From the NCBI RefSeq assembly GCF_009914755.1, contig NC_060929.1: DNA of 64,000 bases; one strand, given 5' to 3'. Below the pieces are notes generated by a model, which did no database searches, was not told where the DNA came from, and saw nothing but the letters and a program-made list of their open reading frames with translations. This DNA comes from the human T2T-CHM13v2.0 reference genome, Homo sapiens. The position numbers were made by a program, and so were the translations under genes. This document shows positions 24,406 through 39,372 of this stretch, piece by piece. Position 1 is the stretch's first letter. The number at the start of each line of letters is the position of its first letter.

Positions 24406-24579
24406 AGTCCCAGTAAAATTTTTCATTTGGAAAACAGAAGATGGGAAAAAAACACAGAAGTCACTGATCCATTGCAATAGTGGAATTCTGTAGGTCAGAT
24501 ATTATAAAGATTTTGTTGTGTCCATGTACAAAGTTCTTCGTTCTGACCCTGGATCCACTCTCTGAGGAACTGCCTTGTT

Positions 24580-24865
24580 TTTTGTTTTGTTTTGTTTTTT
24601 GAGACAGAGTCTCGCTTTGTTGCCAGGCTGGAGTGCAGTGGCACAATTTTGGCTCACTGCAACCTCCAGTTCCACTGCCTCAGCCTCTCGAGTAGCTGGG
24701 ACTACAGGCGTGCCCCACCATGCCTGGCTAATTTTTTTGTATTTTTTAGTAGAGACGGGGTTTCACCATGTTGGCCAGGACAATCTCGACCTCCTGACCT
24801 GATGATCTGCCCACCTTGGCCTCCTAAAGTTCTGGGATTACAGGCATGAGCCACGGCACCTAGCC
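24580..24865 (-). mobile_element. AluS with small internal deletion
   Basis: Reverse Alu with (TTTTG)n tail. Confidence 0.88.
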
Positions 24866-26672
24866 TTGCCTGATCTTTTTAAAGATCACACTATATCTAC
24901 TCAAAGCACACAGAAGAAATTATACAGAAGAAAAACTTAGAGAGAGAGAGATCCTCAGCTTCCTGCAGGACAATGCTAACTTGAGTTTCTTTGGTCATAC
25001 TGAAGAGTTCTGATCAGACACTCTCCGGTAGAAGAGCACACAGGCATTCCAGTATCTTCAGCATACAACACTGTACAGGTCTGCATTATAATAAAACATT
25101 AAGTACGAAGTCTGTAAAAGTTTTTCTTGTCTTGCAAATCTAAAACAAAGGGTCCATAAATTCAGCAAAAATAACTACTCACTAAACTTGTTAAATGCAA
25201 AATATAAAGAAAATGTGGGTCTCTGTAGAGTACTGCTTCGAATGGAGCTCAGGGTACTTCAGTTCTGGGACTAAAACCAATCCCTTACTTGGGAGTGATA
25301 CTGGGGGGGAGGAGGAAGTAAGGGAGTTGTTCAGTAATGGAGTAAGGAAAAGAAATAGCCTAGAAAAGTCTACATTTAAGCAAATAGCAAGTAACATTTT
25401 AAAATATGTTCTATGGATCTCTTGCTACAGCAATGCGAGTGGGAGAGCCAGGAACCCAGTCTCCGAGCGGGACACCACGGATTGTTTTATGAAAATGGCA
25501 GCTGGGACGTGGAGGAAGAGCCACCTGCCAGTTGGACTGGAGCCACAAGCTGCACTGTGAACCTGGTCACTTGGCACCAATGCCGTCGGCCCGTGGGTAT
25601 CTGAGGGGACCTGCCAATTGGACTGCCAAATTCCCCAGTTTGCTCCCAGATATTATAGAAAATTATTTGTATAAATAATGTAAAGAAAACACACCTATGG
25701 CAAAAACATATACATGTTCTTTAGCACAGGGTGAAATCATAACTGGCGTCATCTAAACATTTCCTCAAAGATCAGCCAAATCTAGGTAAATTCCGGTAAA
25801 TATACTATATTCAACCTTAAAGCTTACCACCATTACATGCATGGCTATGGTAGTATGGTATCAACATCTGAACTAGTGAATCTAACACAGGTAAGAATTT
25901 TAAAATGCCCCCAGATGACTTCAAGGCCAAATTTCTGCTAAGGTCTCCACAAAATGGCTATTTTCAAATATAGCATATTCTGACTGGGTTTTCTGAGGTA
26001 CTTTCCCTCATACTTTTTTTGTTCTGGGACTGGGGGCTGTGGAAGGAAAGACTGCTTTGCAATGCTGCATAATAAATATGGTTTTAAAAGTGCAAGTGTT
26101 ACAAATGTCTTCCCTAATTAATCACACTCCTATATAAGTGAAAAGGTAATCTGAAATTTTGGTGGAAAATTACTTCTGCTGAAACTAATCTTAAGGTTGG
26201 ACTTCTTTATTCATTAGTTTCTCTTTGATATTCATATCATCCCCTTAACTTACTCCTCTCTCACACCAACATGCACCCCCCCAAGGCTGTCGTAAAGAAT
26301 TATCTTTAAAAAATCTTAAAAGCAGCTACAACATTTTCATTCCAGTTATCAAAGAGGTCATTCATGGTTCTGTAACTAGAACAGAAGTGTTAGAAAAAGG
26401 ATAAAATCTATTGTAGTTGTACATAAAGAATATTACTTCCAATGTTATATAGAACTGTAAATTAAAAATAAACTAATGGAAAATATCTATTTGTAAATAA
26501 TTACTTTGATCATAAACTTCTGATCTATATTCTCCTCCAAAGCATTCACATTTCAGGGTCTCACCATTTAGGTCAAAGTCTCCTCTGTGTCATTAAATGT
26601 ATACCACTTTCCCTTGCCACTCCCCATAGAGCCCAGACATCAGACAAATAGAAGGTTAAAAAATAAACATCC

Positions 26673-26990
26673 TGGCTGGGTGCAGTGACTCCTGGCTGTA
26701 ATCCCAGCACTTTGGGAGGCCAAGGTGGGAGGATCACATTGTGCTCTGGAATTTGAGACCAGCCTGGGCAGCGTGGCAAGACCCCGTGTCTCTACTAAAA
26801 ATACAAAAAAATTAGCCAGGCTCGGTGGTGCGTGCCTGTAATCCCAGCTACCCAGGAGGCTGAGGCAGAGAATCGCTTGAACCTGGGAGGTAGGGGTTGC
26901 AGTGAACCGAGATCACAACACTGCATTCCAGCATGGGCGACAGAGCAAGACTGTCTCCAAAAAATAAATAAATAAATAAATAAATAAATA
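26673..26990 (+). mobile_element. AluS
   Basis: Alu dimer with (AAAT)n tail. Confidence 0.9.
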
Positions 26991-27429
26991 GAAAGTAAAG
27001 TATTATTAACTACTTGTTTTAAAAACAAAATTATTTCCAATTTATGTTCCCTCACATTTCTAAATTTTTGCAAGTGCTATCTCTTCTATCTAAGAAAAGT
27101 GTTTCCACTTCATTTCCTGCAAACGTTGATATTAGGTAACATTCAACTCTGACCTACAAAGAATAAGTCTGACTTCCTATGACATTCGAGGAAAAAGCGA
27201 AAGGCAGCTTGAAAAGCATCCTCCCGTCCCTGGTCTGGTATTCCAGTGCACCCACAACTTACCTCCCTCTTGCAGATCCCAACACATGCTGAGCTGTTCA
27301 TGGCTCCATCACTGGGCTCACATTCTTCTCATTGACGGAATGGAATGACCTTCCTCTGCTTGCTTCACTTGGCTCGACAGCTTTTAAGGCTCTCTTTTAA
27401 ATTTCACCACCAGGCCCTAAATTTCATCC

Positions 27430-30400
27430 ACCACACATGAGGACAATCCTAGGTGGACATCAGAACCCAGCTGGACATCCCATCTCCAGGTGGATACTAG
27501 GCCCCCAGTCGATATCTGGCCCCAGGTTGACACCAAGGCTCCAGGTAAACATGAGGCCCAGGGTGAACATTAGGCTTCTGGTAAACACCAGGCCCATGTG
27601 GATTACTAGGACCCGGGCAGACGTCAGGCACCAGGTGTACCCTCGGGCCCCAGGTGAATATCTATGCCCCAGCTGAACATCAGTCAACAGGTGGATGCCC
27701 AAGCTCTTGGTAAATACCAGACAACAAGTGAACATCAGGGCCCAGAGAGACATTTGGTCCAGGTGGACACCTAGGTGGCCTGGTGAACATCAGGCTCCTG
27801 ATAAAAACCCAGGCAACAGAAAGATAACAGACCACACCTAAACACCCAGGCCTCAGGTGGGTGTCAGGCCTCAGCTAAATACCAGGCCCCAAGTGGACAC
27901 TGAACTCAGCTGCCAGGCTGACACCCAGGCCCCAGTTGCACCCCAGGTCATAGGGGAATATCAGGCCCCAGGAGGATACCCAAGCCCCAAGTAGGTATGA
28001 GGTCGCAGGTGAACACCCACCCCCAGAAGAATACCACGCCTCAAGTGAACACAAAGCCCAACGTGGATATGAGAACCCAGGTGGGCACCTGGCCTAGGGA
28101 GTATACCTAGGCCCCAGGAACTCATAAGGTCCCAGGTGGGCATGAGCCAGGTGAACCCTCAGGCCCCACGTGCACACGTGGCACCAGGTGAATAATCAGT
28201 CCCAATGTGGACACAGGACCACAGGTGAACATCAGGCTCAAGGTTGACACCCAGGCCCCAGGTTTACATGAGGACTCAAGTGAAAACTTCACTCCAAATG
28301 GACATCAGACCCCAGGCGAAATTCAGACCCAGGTGGATACCTAGGCTCCAATTGGACAGCTAGTCCCCAGGACTTCAGGCCCTAGGGTGACACCCAGGCT
28401 CCAGGTGGACACCAGGCTCATGGTAGAAATCAAGACACAAGTTGACACTTAAGAACTCAGTAAACATGAAGGCACATGTAAACTACTAGGCCCCAGGTGA
28501 ACACCCATGCCCCAAGTTGACACCAGGCTCCAGGTGAACGTCAGGTCCCAGGGTGACACCAGGCCTCACATGGGTACCTAGATGCCAGGTGAACATCAGG
28601 CCACAGATGGAAACCAAAGCCACAGAAGGGTATCAGATCCCATGGAAACACCCAGGCCCCAGGTGGGAGTCGAGACCCCCTGGTAAACACCAGGCTCCTA
28701 GTGGACATTAGGGCCCAGCACAACGCCTGGCCCCAGGTGAACAACAGGCCTAAGGTAGCCATCAGGACCAAGTGGACACTGGATTCAAGCTGTACATCAG
28801 GTGTACCACAGTAATCCACACGGGGCCTGGTGTTTACCGGTGTCCAATGTCCCAGTTGGACACCAAGTCACATGGGGACACAGACTCCAGGTGGACACCC
28901 AGTCTCAGGATGGAAATCGGGCCCTAGATCAACAGAAGGCCCCAGGGTGACACCCAGGCCCCAGATGGATACCAGGCCCCAGGCGGACATCAGACCCAGG
29001 GTGGATACCCATCCCTAGGTAAACACCAGACCCCAGGCAGGTTATAGGTCCCAGGAAAACACCCAGGCCCCAGGGAGAAATCAGACCCTACGTGAACTCT
29101 GGTCTGCAGGTGCACATCAGGCTGGGTATACATCTGGGAACTTGTGTTCACCGGGGGCCTGTGTCCACCCCTTGGACCTGCTGTTCATCTGTGGCCTGGC
29201 ATTCACCTGGGCCCTGAGAGTCATCCTGATGTCTGATATCCACCTGGGACCTACACAGCCACCTGGGACCTGGTGGTCACTTGAGGGCTGGTGCCCTCCT
29301 GAGGCCTGATGTCAACTTGCAGTGTGGGCATCCATTAGGGCCTGATGTCCACCTGAGGTCTGGGGCTCACCTGGGGCTTACTGTCCACGTGGAGCCTTGG
29401 TGTCACCCTGGGGCCTAATGTCCACCTGGAGCCTGGTATCCATCTAAAGCCTGGGTTCCACCTGGGGCATTGTTATGTCCACTTGAAGACTCGGTATCCA
29501 ACTAGAGCCTGAGTTTCACCTAAGACCTGATATCCACGTGAGGCCTGGGTGTCCGCCTGAAGCCTTGGTATCCTCCTTGGGCCTGAAGTCCATCTGTGAC
29601 ATTCAGTGCACCTGGGGCCTGGGTGTAAACCTCGTGCCTGATGTATACGTCAAGTCCAGTGTGCACCTGGGACCCGATGGCCCCCTGAGGCCATATATCC
29701 ACCTGGAACCAGAGTGTCCATTTGGGGCCTAATGTTCACCAGGAACATAACTATCCACGTGGGGCCTCATGTCTACCTGGGGCCCAGGTGTCAACGTGGG
29801 GCCTAGGCATCACCTGGGGCCTGGTGTCCATCTGGAACCTATTTGTCAACTGGGAACCTGATGTCCGCCTGGTGCCTGATGTCCATTTGGAAACTGGAGT
29901 CCACCTGGGAACTGGCATACACCTAAGACATAGCGTCAATCTGGTGTTGGATGTCCAATGTTCACCTGGGACTGTCCACTTGAGGCCTGATGTTTGCCTG
30001 GAGCCTAGGTCTCCACTTTGCTCCTGAATATTGACTGAGGCCTGGGTGTCCACGTGGGGCCTTATGCCTACCCAAAAAGGGCTGTGGCACAATGCACCTC
30101 GCCCAATTCCTGGGAAAAGTTTGTGGAGAGTTGCTGAACACCCACCCCTCACGGTTCAGGAACATGCCCTCCTGAAGACACCATCCAGGAAAGTGACTTC
30201 TTGGCCCAGGTCACTGCTCAGGGCATGAAGATCTGGAGATGGCACTGGGAACAGAGATGCAGCTGCAGTCGCTCAGGCTCGCCTCCACCGCCGTCGTGCC
30301 ACAGGCCGCTGGATGCTTCCAAATCAGGTGCTGGAATTGGGGCCCTGGAGCTTCGCCCCATCCTGCTGCCAACAGGAAAAGGGCAGCGCCAGAGAACGCT

Positions 30401-32917
30401 GCCCTTACCACTGCTCCAGGCCTAAGTCAACCTGCTGGGCTAATCCTCAAGGGCAAAGGCCACACGGGCCATCAGCCGCCGCCACCTGATGCGAAGAAAG
30501 GCAGCTGAGAAAAGGCTGCCTGCTGGCAAAGCGACCCCAGAACCAGCCAGCCGGTGGCGCCCAGGGCTGCGAGAACTTTCTCCAAGGTAAGCTCTTGGCC
30601 TTCCTTGGTTTTGCTGTACTTTGCAAGTTGTGATTTTCTGAAAAGTGAGTAGGATGTTTTCGGGGCGGCCTTAGCAATTTCTAGCCCTAAGAGTGATGTA
30701 GGAGAGTCCCAGTTGCTCCCATCCCCGCTGACACTGAGCGGCCCACAGTTGCTCCCATCCCCGCTGACACTGAGCGGCCCACAGGGGAAAATCCAGAGAT
30801 GGCTTGATTCCGTCTGACATTTCATTTCAGTGTGGTTTCCAGTGTTTCTTAGGAAACTGGGCCTAGGTTGGTTTGTGTCTTCTTCATACCATCCTTCTCG
30901 TACTTTCTTTGTGTTCTTTCCTGGTTGCTATTTTCACTTTTCTTATACTGAATACGTAGGTCCCACGTTTCCATTCCTTCTTCCTTTCCAGTCTGTGTGT
31001 ATTCTGTGCAACGCCTGTGCTAGGTAACATCGGGCCACAGGTGAACACTTTTGACCCCAGGTGGACGTGAGGCTCCAGGTGAATACCCAGCACCTACGTG
31101 GACACCAGGCCCCACATGGACAGCAGTCCCCAGGTAAATATAAGGCCCCAGTTTGAAACCCAGCACCCACCTGAGTCAAGATGACACCTTCCCCACCGCG
31201 TTGGCAGGAGGGGCAATTCCCAGATGACAAGGGGCAGGGCCAGAGCAACTCTCTACACACTCTCCCCAGGACAAGGGCGGGTGCGTGGGACACACCCCCT
31301 CCAGGTGGGCATAAGGCCCCAGCGGACACAAAGGCCCCAGGAAGACGTCGGGCCCCAAGTGCACACTGGACTCAAGGTGGACGTTGGACACCAGGCCCCG
31401 GGTGGACAACAGGTCCCAGAGGGACTCCAGTTCCTGCATGGACATCAGGCCTCCGCTGGACATCAGGTCGCAGTTTGGCGTGGAGGCCCCAGGTGGATAT
31501 GAGGCCCCAGCTAGACATCAGGCCCCAGGTGAACGCCCAGGCCTCAGGTAAATACCAGGCCCCAGGTGGACCCGAGGCCCCAGGTACATACCAGGCCCCA
31601 GGTGGAAACCTGGCCACAGATGGACATCAGGCATCTTGGAGGAACACCAGGCGCCACTTGAACCCCAGGCTCCAAGTGGATGTCCAGGCCCCAAGTAAGT
31701 ATCAGGGCCAAGGTGAACAGGGGGCCCCAAGTGGACAGCAGGCCACAGGTGGATGCCTAGGCTCCTGGTGAACAGCAGGTCCCTGGTGAGAATTAGGCCC
31801 CAGACGGACACCCTGACCCCAAGGGAACATCTGATTCCAGATGGACATCGGGTCCTGGATAAGCACACGGTCCCTATATAGACATCAGCTCCAAGTAGAC
31901 ACTAGTCCCCAGATAGACATAAGGCCCCAGGTGCACACGGACTCAAGGTGTCCATCAAGCACCAGGCTCACACCCAGGCCACAGCTGGACACAAAGTCAC
32001 AGGTGGACAGCCATCCCACAGAGAATACCAAGGACTCAGGTGGACATCCAGGCTCAAGGGGAGCATGAGGCCCTATGTAGGCAGCAGGCACAGGATGTGT
32101 ATCAGACTCCAGGAGTACAATAGGCCCGAAGTGGATACCAGGCCCCATCTGAGTATCAATCCTCATGGGACAGCACGCTCCATATGGACACCAGGCATCA
32201 AGTACATGCCTAGGCCCCTGGTGCGTATCAGGCCCCATGGGGACACTCAGACCAGAGCTGGACATGTGGCCCCAAGTGGACACCCAGGACCCAGGTGGAT
32301 ACCTATACCCAGGGCTTCAGGCTTCAAGGGACCACAAGGCCCCAGGTGGCTGTGGAGGCCCCAAGTAGGTATCAGGTACCAAGCTGACACCCGGGCACAG
32401 GTGGACACAAGGCCCCAGAGGATCAAGAGGTCCAAGGTGGACAACAGGTCTTAGGTAAGCAACAGTAACCAGGTGGATACCCATACCCCAGGTAGAAACC
32501 AGGCCGAAACCAGGCCTCAGCAGCACACCAGGCCTCAGGAGGATACCTAGGAACCGGGTGGACATCAGGCCCCAAGTGTCCACTGAGGCCCCAGGTCAAA
32601 ACCAGGCTCCTGAAGGACACCTGGGCCCCAGGTGGACACTTGACTCCAAATGGATATCAGGCTCTGGGTGGACATAGGCCCCAGGTAGATACCTTGGCTC
32701 CTGGTGAACATTAGACCCCAGGTACACATCTAGGTCCCACGTGGACATCCGGGCCCAGGAAGTCCTCAGGCACCGAGAAACACTCAGGCCCCAGCTGGAC
32801 ATCTGGTCCCAGGCTGACACCCAGGCCTCAGGTGGACACCAGGTGCTAGAAGAACTTCAGGCCCCTGCTAAAATCAAGCCCCGGGTGGATACCCAGGCCT
32901 TATACCAGGTCCCAGGT
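27430..32917. repeat. Degenerate ~18-bp satellite (CAGGCCCCAGGTGGACAC/T)n in three blocks: forward 27430-29130, reverse 29135-30065, forward 31035-32917, around a unique core
   Basis: Very many caggccccaggtg(g/a)acac-like monomers; the middle block reads gtccacctggggcctg. Confidence 0.9.
30710..30784. repeat. Perfect 36-bp tandem duplication
   Basis: cagttgctcccatccccgctgacactgagcggccca x2. Confidence 0.9.
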
Positions 32918-32919
32918 TT

Positions 32920-33180
<261 letters not shown>

Positions 33181-33389
33181 TCATGTTTAAGAAAAACTAG
33201 AATTCGAAATTTGAACCTCAGCAAATCAATACCAGTCATTACTCAAATGGCATAAAAATAAGAAAAAGTGGCCATAGGTTATTACAATATTTGTGTTTAA
33301 CTTGTAGAGAATATACACATTTATTTAAATTCTAAGGTTAAAATATTTTGTGAATGATTAATTTCCTTCTTGCAAAATCCATTGAGAAT

Positions 33390-33922
33390 ATAGTAGTCCT
33401 CCTTTATCCATAGGGGATACATTTCAAGATCTTCAGAGGATGCCTGAAACCACAGATAGTACTAAATCCAATATAGATTATCTTTGTTTCTACACATGCA
33501 TGCCCTATGATTAACTTTCACCTTTTCACTTAAAAGGAACACTTTATGGCTTCTCTTTGGCATTTTTGAATTGCCAGCATCAGTACTTTTGCACTTTGGG
33601 GCCATTAAGTAAAACAAGATTTCTTTGAACACAAACACTGTGATATCTCAACAGAGGATTTGACGACCTAGAGAGCTGCTAAGTGACTAACAAGTGGGAA
33701 GGTAGACAGGTAGATGTTGTGGGCAGAGATGATTCACGTCCTGGGTGGGCCTTGAGTAGAGGGGGATGACAGGAGCTCCCACCACACTACTTGGAACAGC
33801 ACAGCAAGTTAAAACTTGTCAGTTGTTTATCTGTGGATTTTTCATTTAATGTTTTCAGACCAGGATTGCCTGTAGGTAAGTGAAACCGTGAAAGCCAAAT
33901 GCAGCTTACGTGGGACTACGGT
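33390..33922 (-). mobile_element. MER44-like DNA transposon
   Basis: tagtagtcctcctttatcc...ggatgcctgaaacc at left and gggactacggta at right, the reverse of the element at 70-962. Confidence 0.65.
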
Positions 33923-34140
33923 ATTAGAAAGAGATGTTAACAGAAGCGATCATGCTGTCACAGCCCCTGGTGTGCTGTTACTCACATTTTAAAACAAAAT
34001 CATTCATTATAAAAGCTAGTCTGTTTAAGTGAGGAGTATAGTGCTACTATGTTAGATTGCACATGCTGGAAAATATTCTCTGTAAAAATGCAGCCCTCAA
34101 TTTCAAACCTGTTTTTTCAGTTTTAAAACTGGCTTTTATT

Positions 34141-34818
<678 letters not shown>

Positions 34819-35323
34819 TCAACTGTGCAGACATCAAGGAAGCCTTCCCTGGCCTCAGCCTGAGGGAGAGCTGCTTCTGTCTGAGCCAGATCCTAAAACC
34901 AGTAAATGGACATTCTAAGGAGACAGGTTTTGGCTTAACCCAAGAAAGACTTCCTGGGAACTGAATCTCTCCAGATAGGCCACGAGCTACCTGAGGACAT
35001 AGTGAGCACACTATGACCAGGGGTATGCAAGCAGACAGGTAACCAATGTGGCATGGGCTGCTCTGAAATAACATATGATGCAGCACTTGGCATGAGCTCC
35101 AGCACCTGGTCAGCAAGCACCTCATCAATGTTTATCTTATCTCTGTCCCATCAGACATGGCAAGTATCCTGTCCCTCAGGGAACTCAAGCAGAGGCTCTA
35201 GGATTACTGGACTCTGAGTGCCTGGCACAGGACTCCGTCCAGAGCAGGCAGGTACTCGAGGTGTTTGACAAACTGAATGACCCCTGCCATCTGGCCACGT
35301 AGGCAAGTGAGGAGCCTGCTCAC

Positions 35324-35491
35324 CTTGAGGTGCCCCAAGTGCATGCGGGTCTGCTCACACATATGCAGAACGTACTTGACTTTACTCCCGTCCACGATGA
35401 TGTACAAAGCTGCTTTCCTCTTGAAGCCGGCGTCCAGCAGGTCTTTGAAGATGTCCACATGGGTGAACATGTCCATGACCACAGCTATCAC
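35324..35491 (-). pseudogene. FAM83G: Unprocessed FAM83G (PAWS1) fragment: one 168-bp DUF1669 exon
   Basis: Translates VIAVVMDMFTHVDIFKDLLDAGFKRKAALYIIVDGSKVKYVLHMCEQTRMHLGHLK; donor AAG|gtgagc intact; polypyrimidine tract ends in GG instead of AG. Confidence 0.85.
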
Positions 35492-35869
35492 CCAGGAGCA
35501 AGAAGAGAGACAGGGGCCTGTCAGACAGCACAGCAGTGGGGACACGGTGCCTCACCAGAACGCACAGCCCTCCCATGCCACCAGCTTCTCACGGGTGCCC
35601 ACTCTGATCCCACTCCTGGAACCTCAGGACCGGGACCAGGAAGTGAAGGGCATGGGGTCTCTCTTGCCCTGAAGTTCTAGCTGCAGCCCCAGCTCTGGAC
35701 TCACCAGGGACCCCGTGTTGGTGCATTCCCAGGCCAGGGCTGGCTACACTCTGCCCTCCTCGTAACACCTAGGGATGCTGAGGTGAACCAGATGTGTCAA
35801 TGGCCAGGGGAGAAGGGCAGCAGCTGGCGTGGCCACTTGCTGGGACCTCCCCTGCATCCCTGGGCTGAT

Positions 35870-38059
<2,190 letters not shown>

Positions 38060-38060
<1 letters not shown>

Positions 38061-39372
38061 AAGATCTACTCAAAACCTTTGTCCCCCACCATTATTTCCC
38101 CATCTTTTTTTCCCGACGACCTTTGGCCCCCTCTCTTTCGCCACCCTTTTTCTTCCTCCATCTACCCCAAAACTTTTTCCCCCACCATCTTTTCGCAAAG
38201 CCTTCTCTACTCACCCGCTCACTACTGTTTTCCCCACCCATCTACCCAAAAACTTTTCCCCACCGTCTTTTCTCCCTCTCCCTGGCCACCCTTTTTTGCC
38301 CCTCCGGCTCTCATCACCCTCTTTTGTTCCTTCATCTCCCCAAATACATTTTCTCCCATCTCTTCCCAAAGCCTTCTCTCCACTCCTGCTGCTCGCCACC
38401 CTCCTTCCCCCTCCATCTACCCAAAAACTGTTTCCCCATCGTCTTTTTCTCCTTTCCTCCTTGCCATCCTCTTTCCCTTCTCCATCTACCCAAAAACATC
38501 CCAGCCATCTTTTTGCAAAGCCGCCTTCCTACTCCTCCTTACCACCCTCGTTTACCCATCTACCTCCCCAATTTTCCCCCACCGTCTTTTCACAAAGGCC
38601 TTCCCTGCTTCCCGCTCACCCTCTTCTTTCCTCTATCCTGTTTGCCACCCTCTTTTTGCCCTCCATCTACCCCAAACTATTTTCCCTATCATCATTTTCC
38701 CAACTCTCCCCACTCCCCCTGGGCACCTTCTATTCTCCTCTCACTTGCCACCCTCTTTTCCCCCTCCATCTACCCACTTTCTACCCACCGTGTTTTCTTT
38801 CTGCACTTTCTTTTCTGCCCACTGGTTTTTCCCAAAACCTTTTCTCCCTGCTCGCCACCCTCTTTATCTTTCTCCCGCTTGCCACCCTCTTTTCCCCTCC
38901 ATCTACTTAAAAGCTTCTCTCCTCACTGCCTTTTCACAAAACCTTCTCTCCCTCCTGCTCGCCACTCTCTCCTCCCCCTCCCTCTCTGCACCCTCTTTTC
39001 TCCTCCCACTTGCCACCCCTTTTTCCCGCTCCATCTACTCAAAATCTTTTTATCCACCCTCTTCTTTCCCTTTCTTTTTTCCCAACTGTATTTTTGCAAA
39101 CTTTCTCTCCCTCCTGCTCACCCCCGTTCCCCCCACCACCCTCTCTTTCCCCCTTCCATCTACCCAAAAACCTTTTCCCCACCATCTTTCCGCAAAACCT
39201 TCTCTCCCTCCTGTTCACCACCGTTTTTCCCCCTCCACCTACCCCCAACATTTTTTCCCCACCGTCTTTTCCTCACTGTCTTTTTTGCAACACCTTCTCC
39301 TGCTCGCCATCCTCTTTTCCCTTTGGCACTAACCACCCTCTTTACTCCTCCATCTACCCCAAAACTATTTTC
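38060..39372. repeat. Pyrimidine-rich degenerate tandem array, ~80-bp unit (ccaccctctttt..ctccatctacccaaaa..ccccaccgtctttt..aaccttctctcc)
   Basis: ccatctacc(c/t) anchor recurs more than a dozen times; almost no G on the + strand. Confidence 0.85.

Noticed and set aside
27437-32820. Many 60-196 aa ORFs in the satellite
   Set aside because: Repeat-derived, on both strands, no domain similarity
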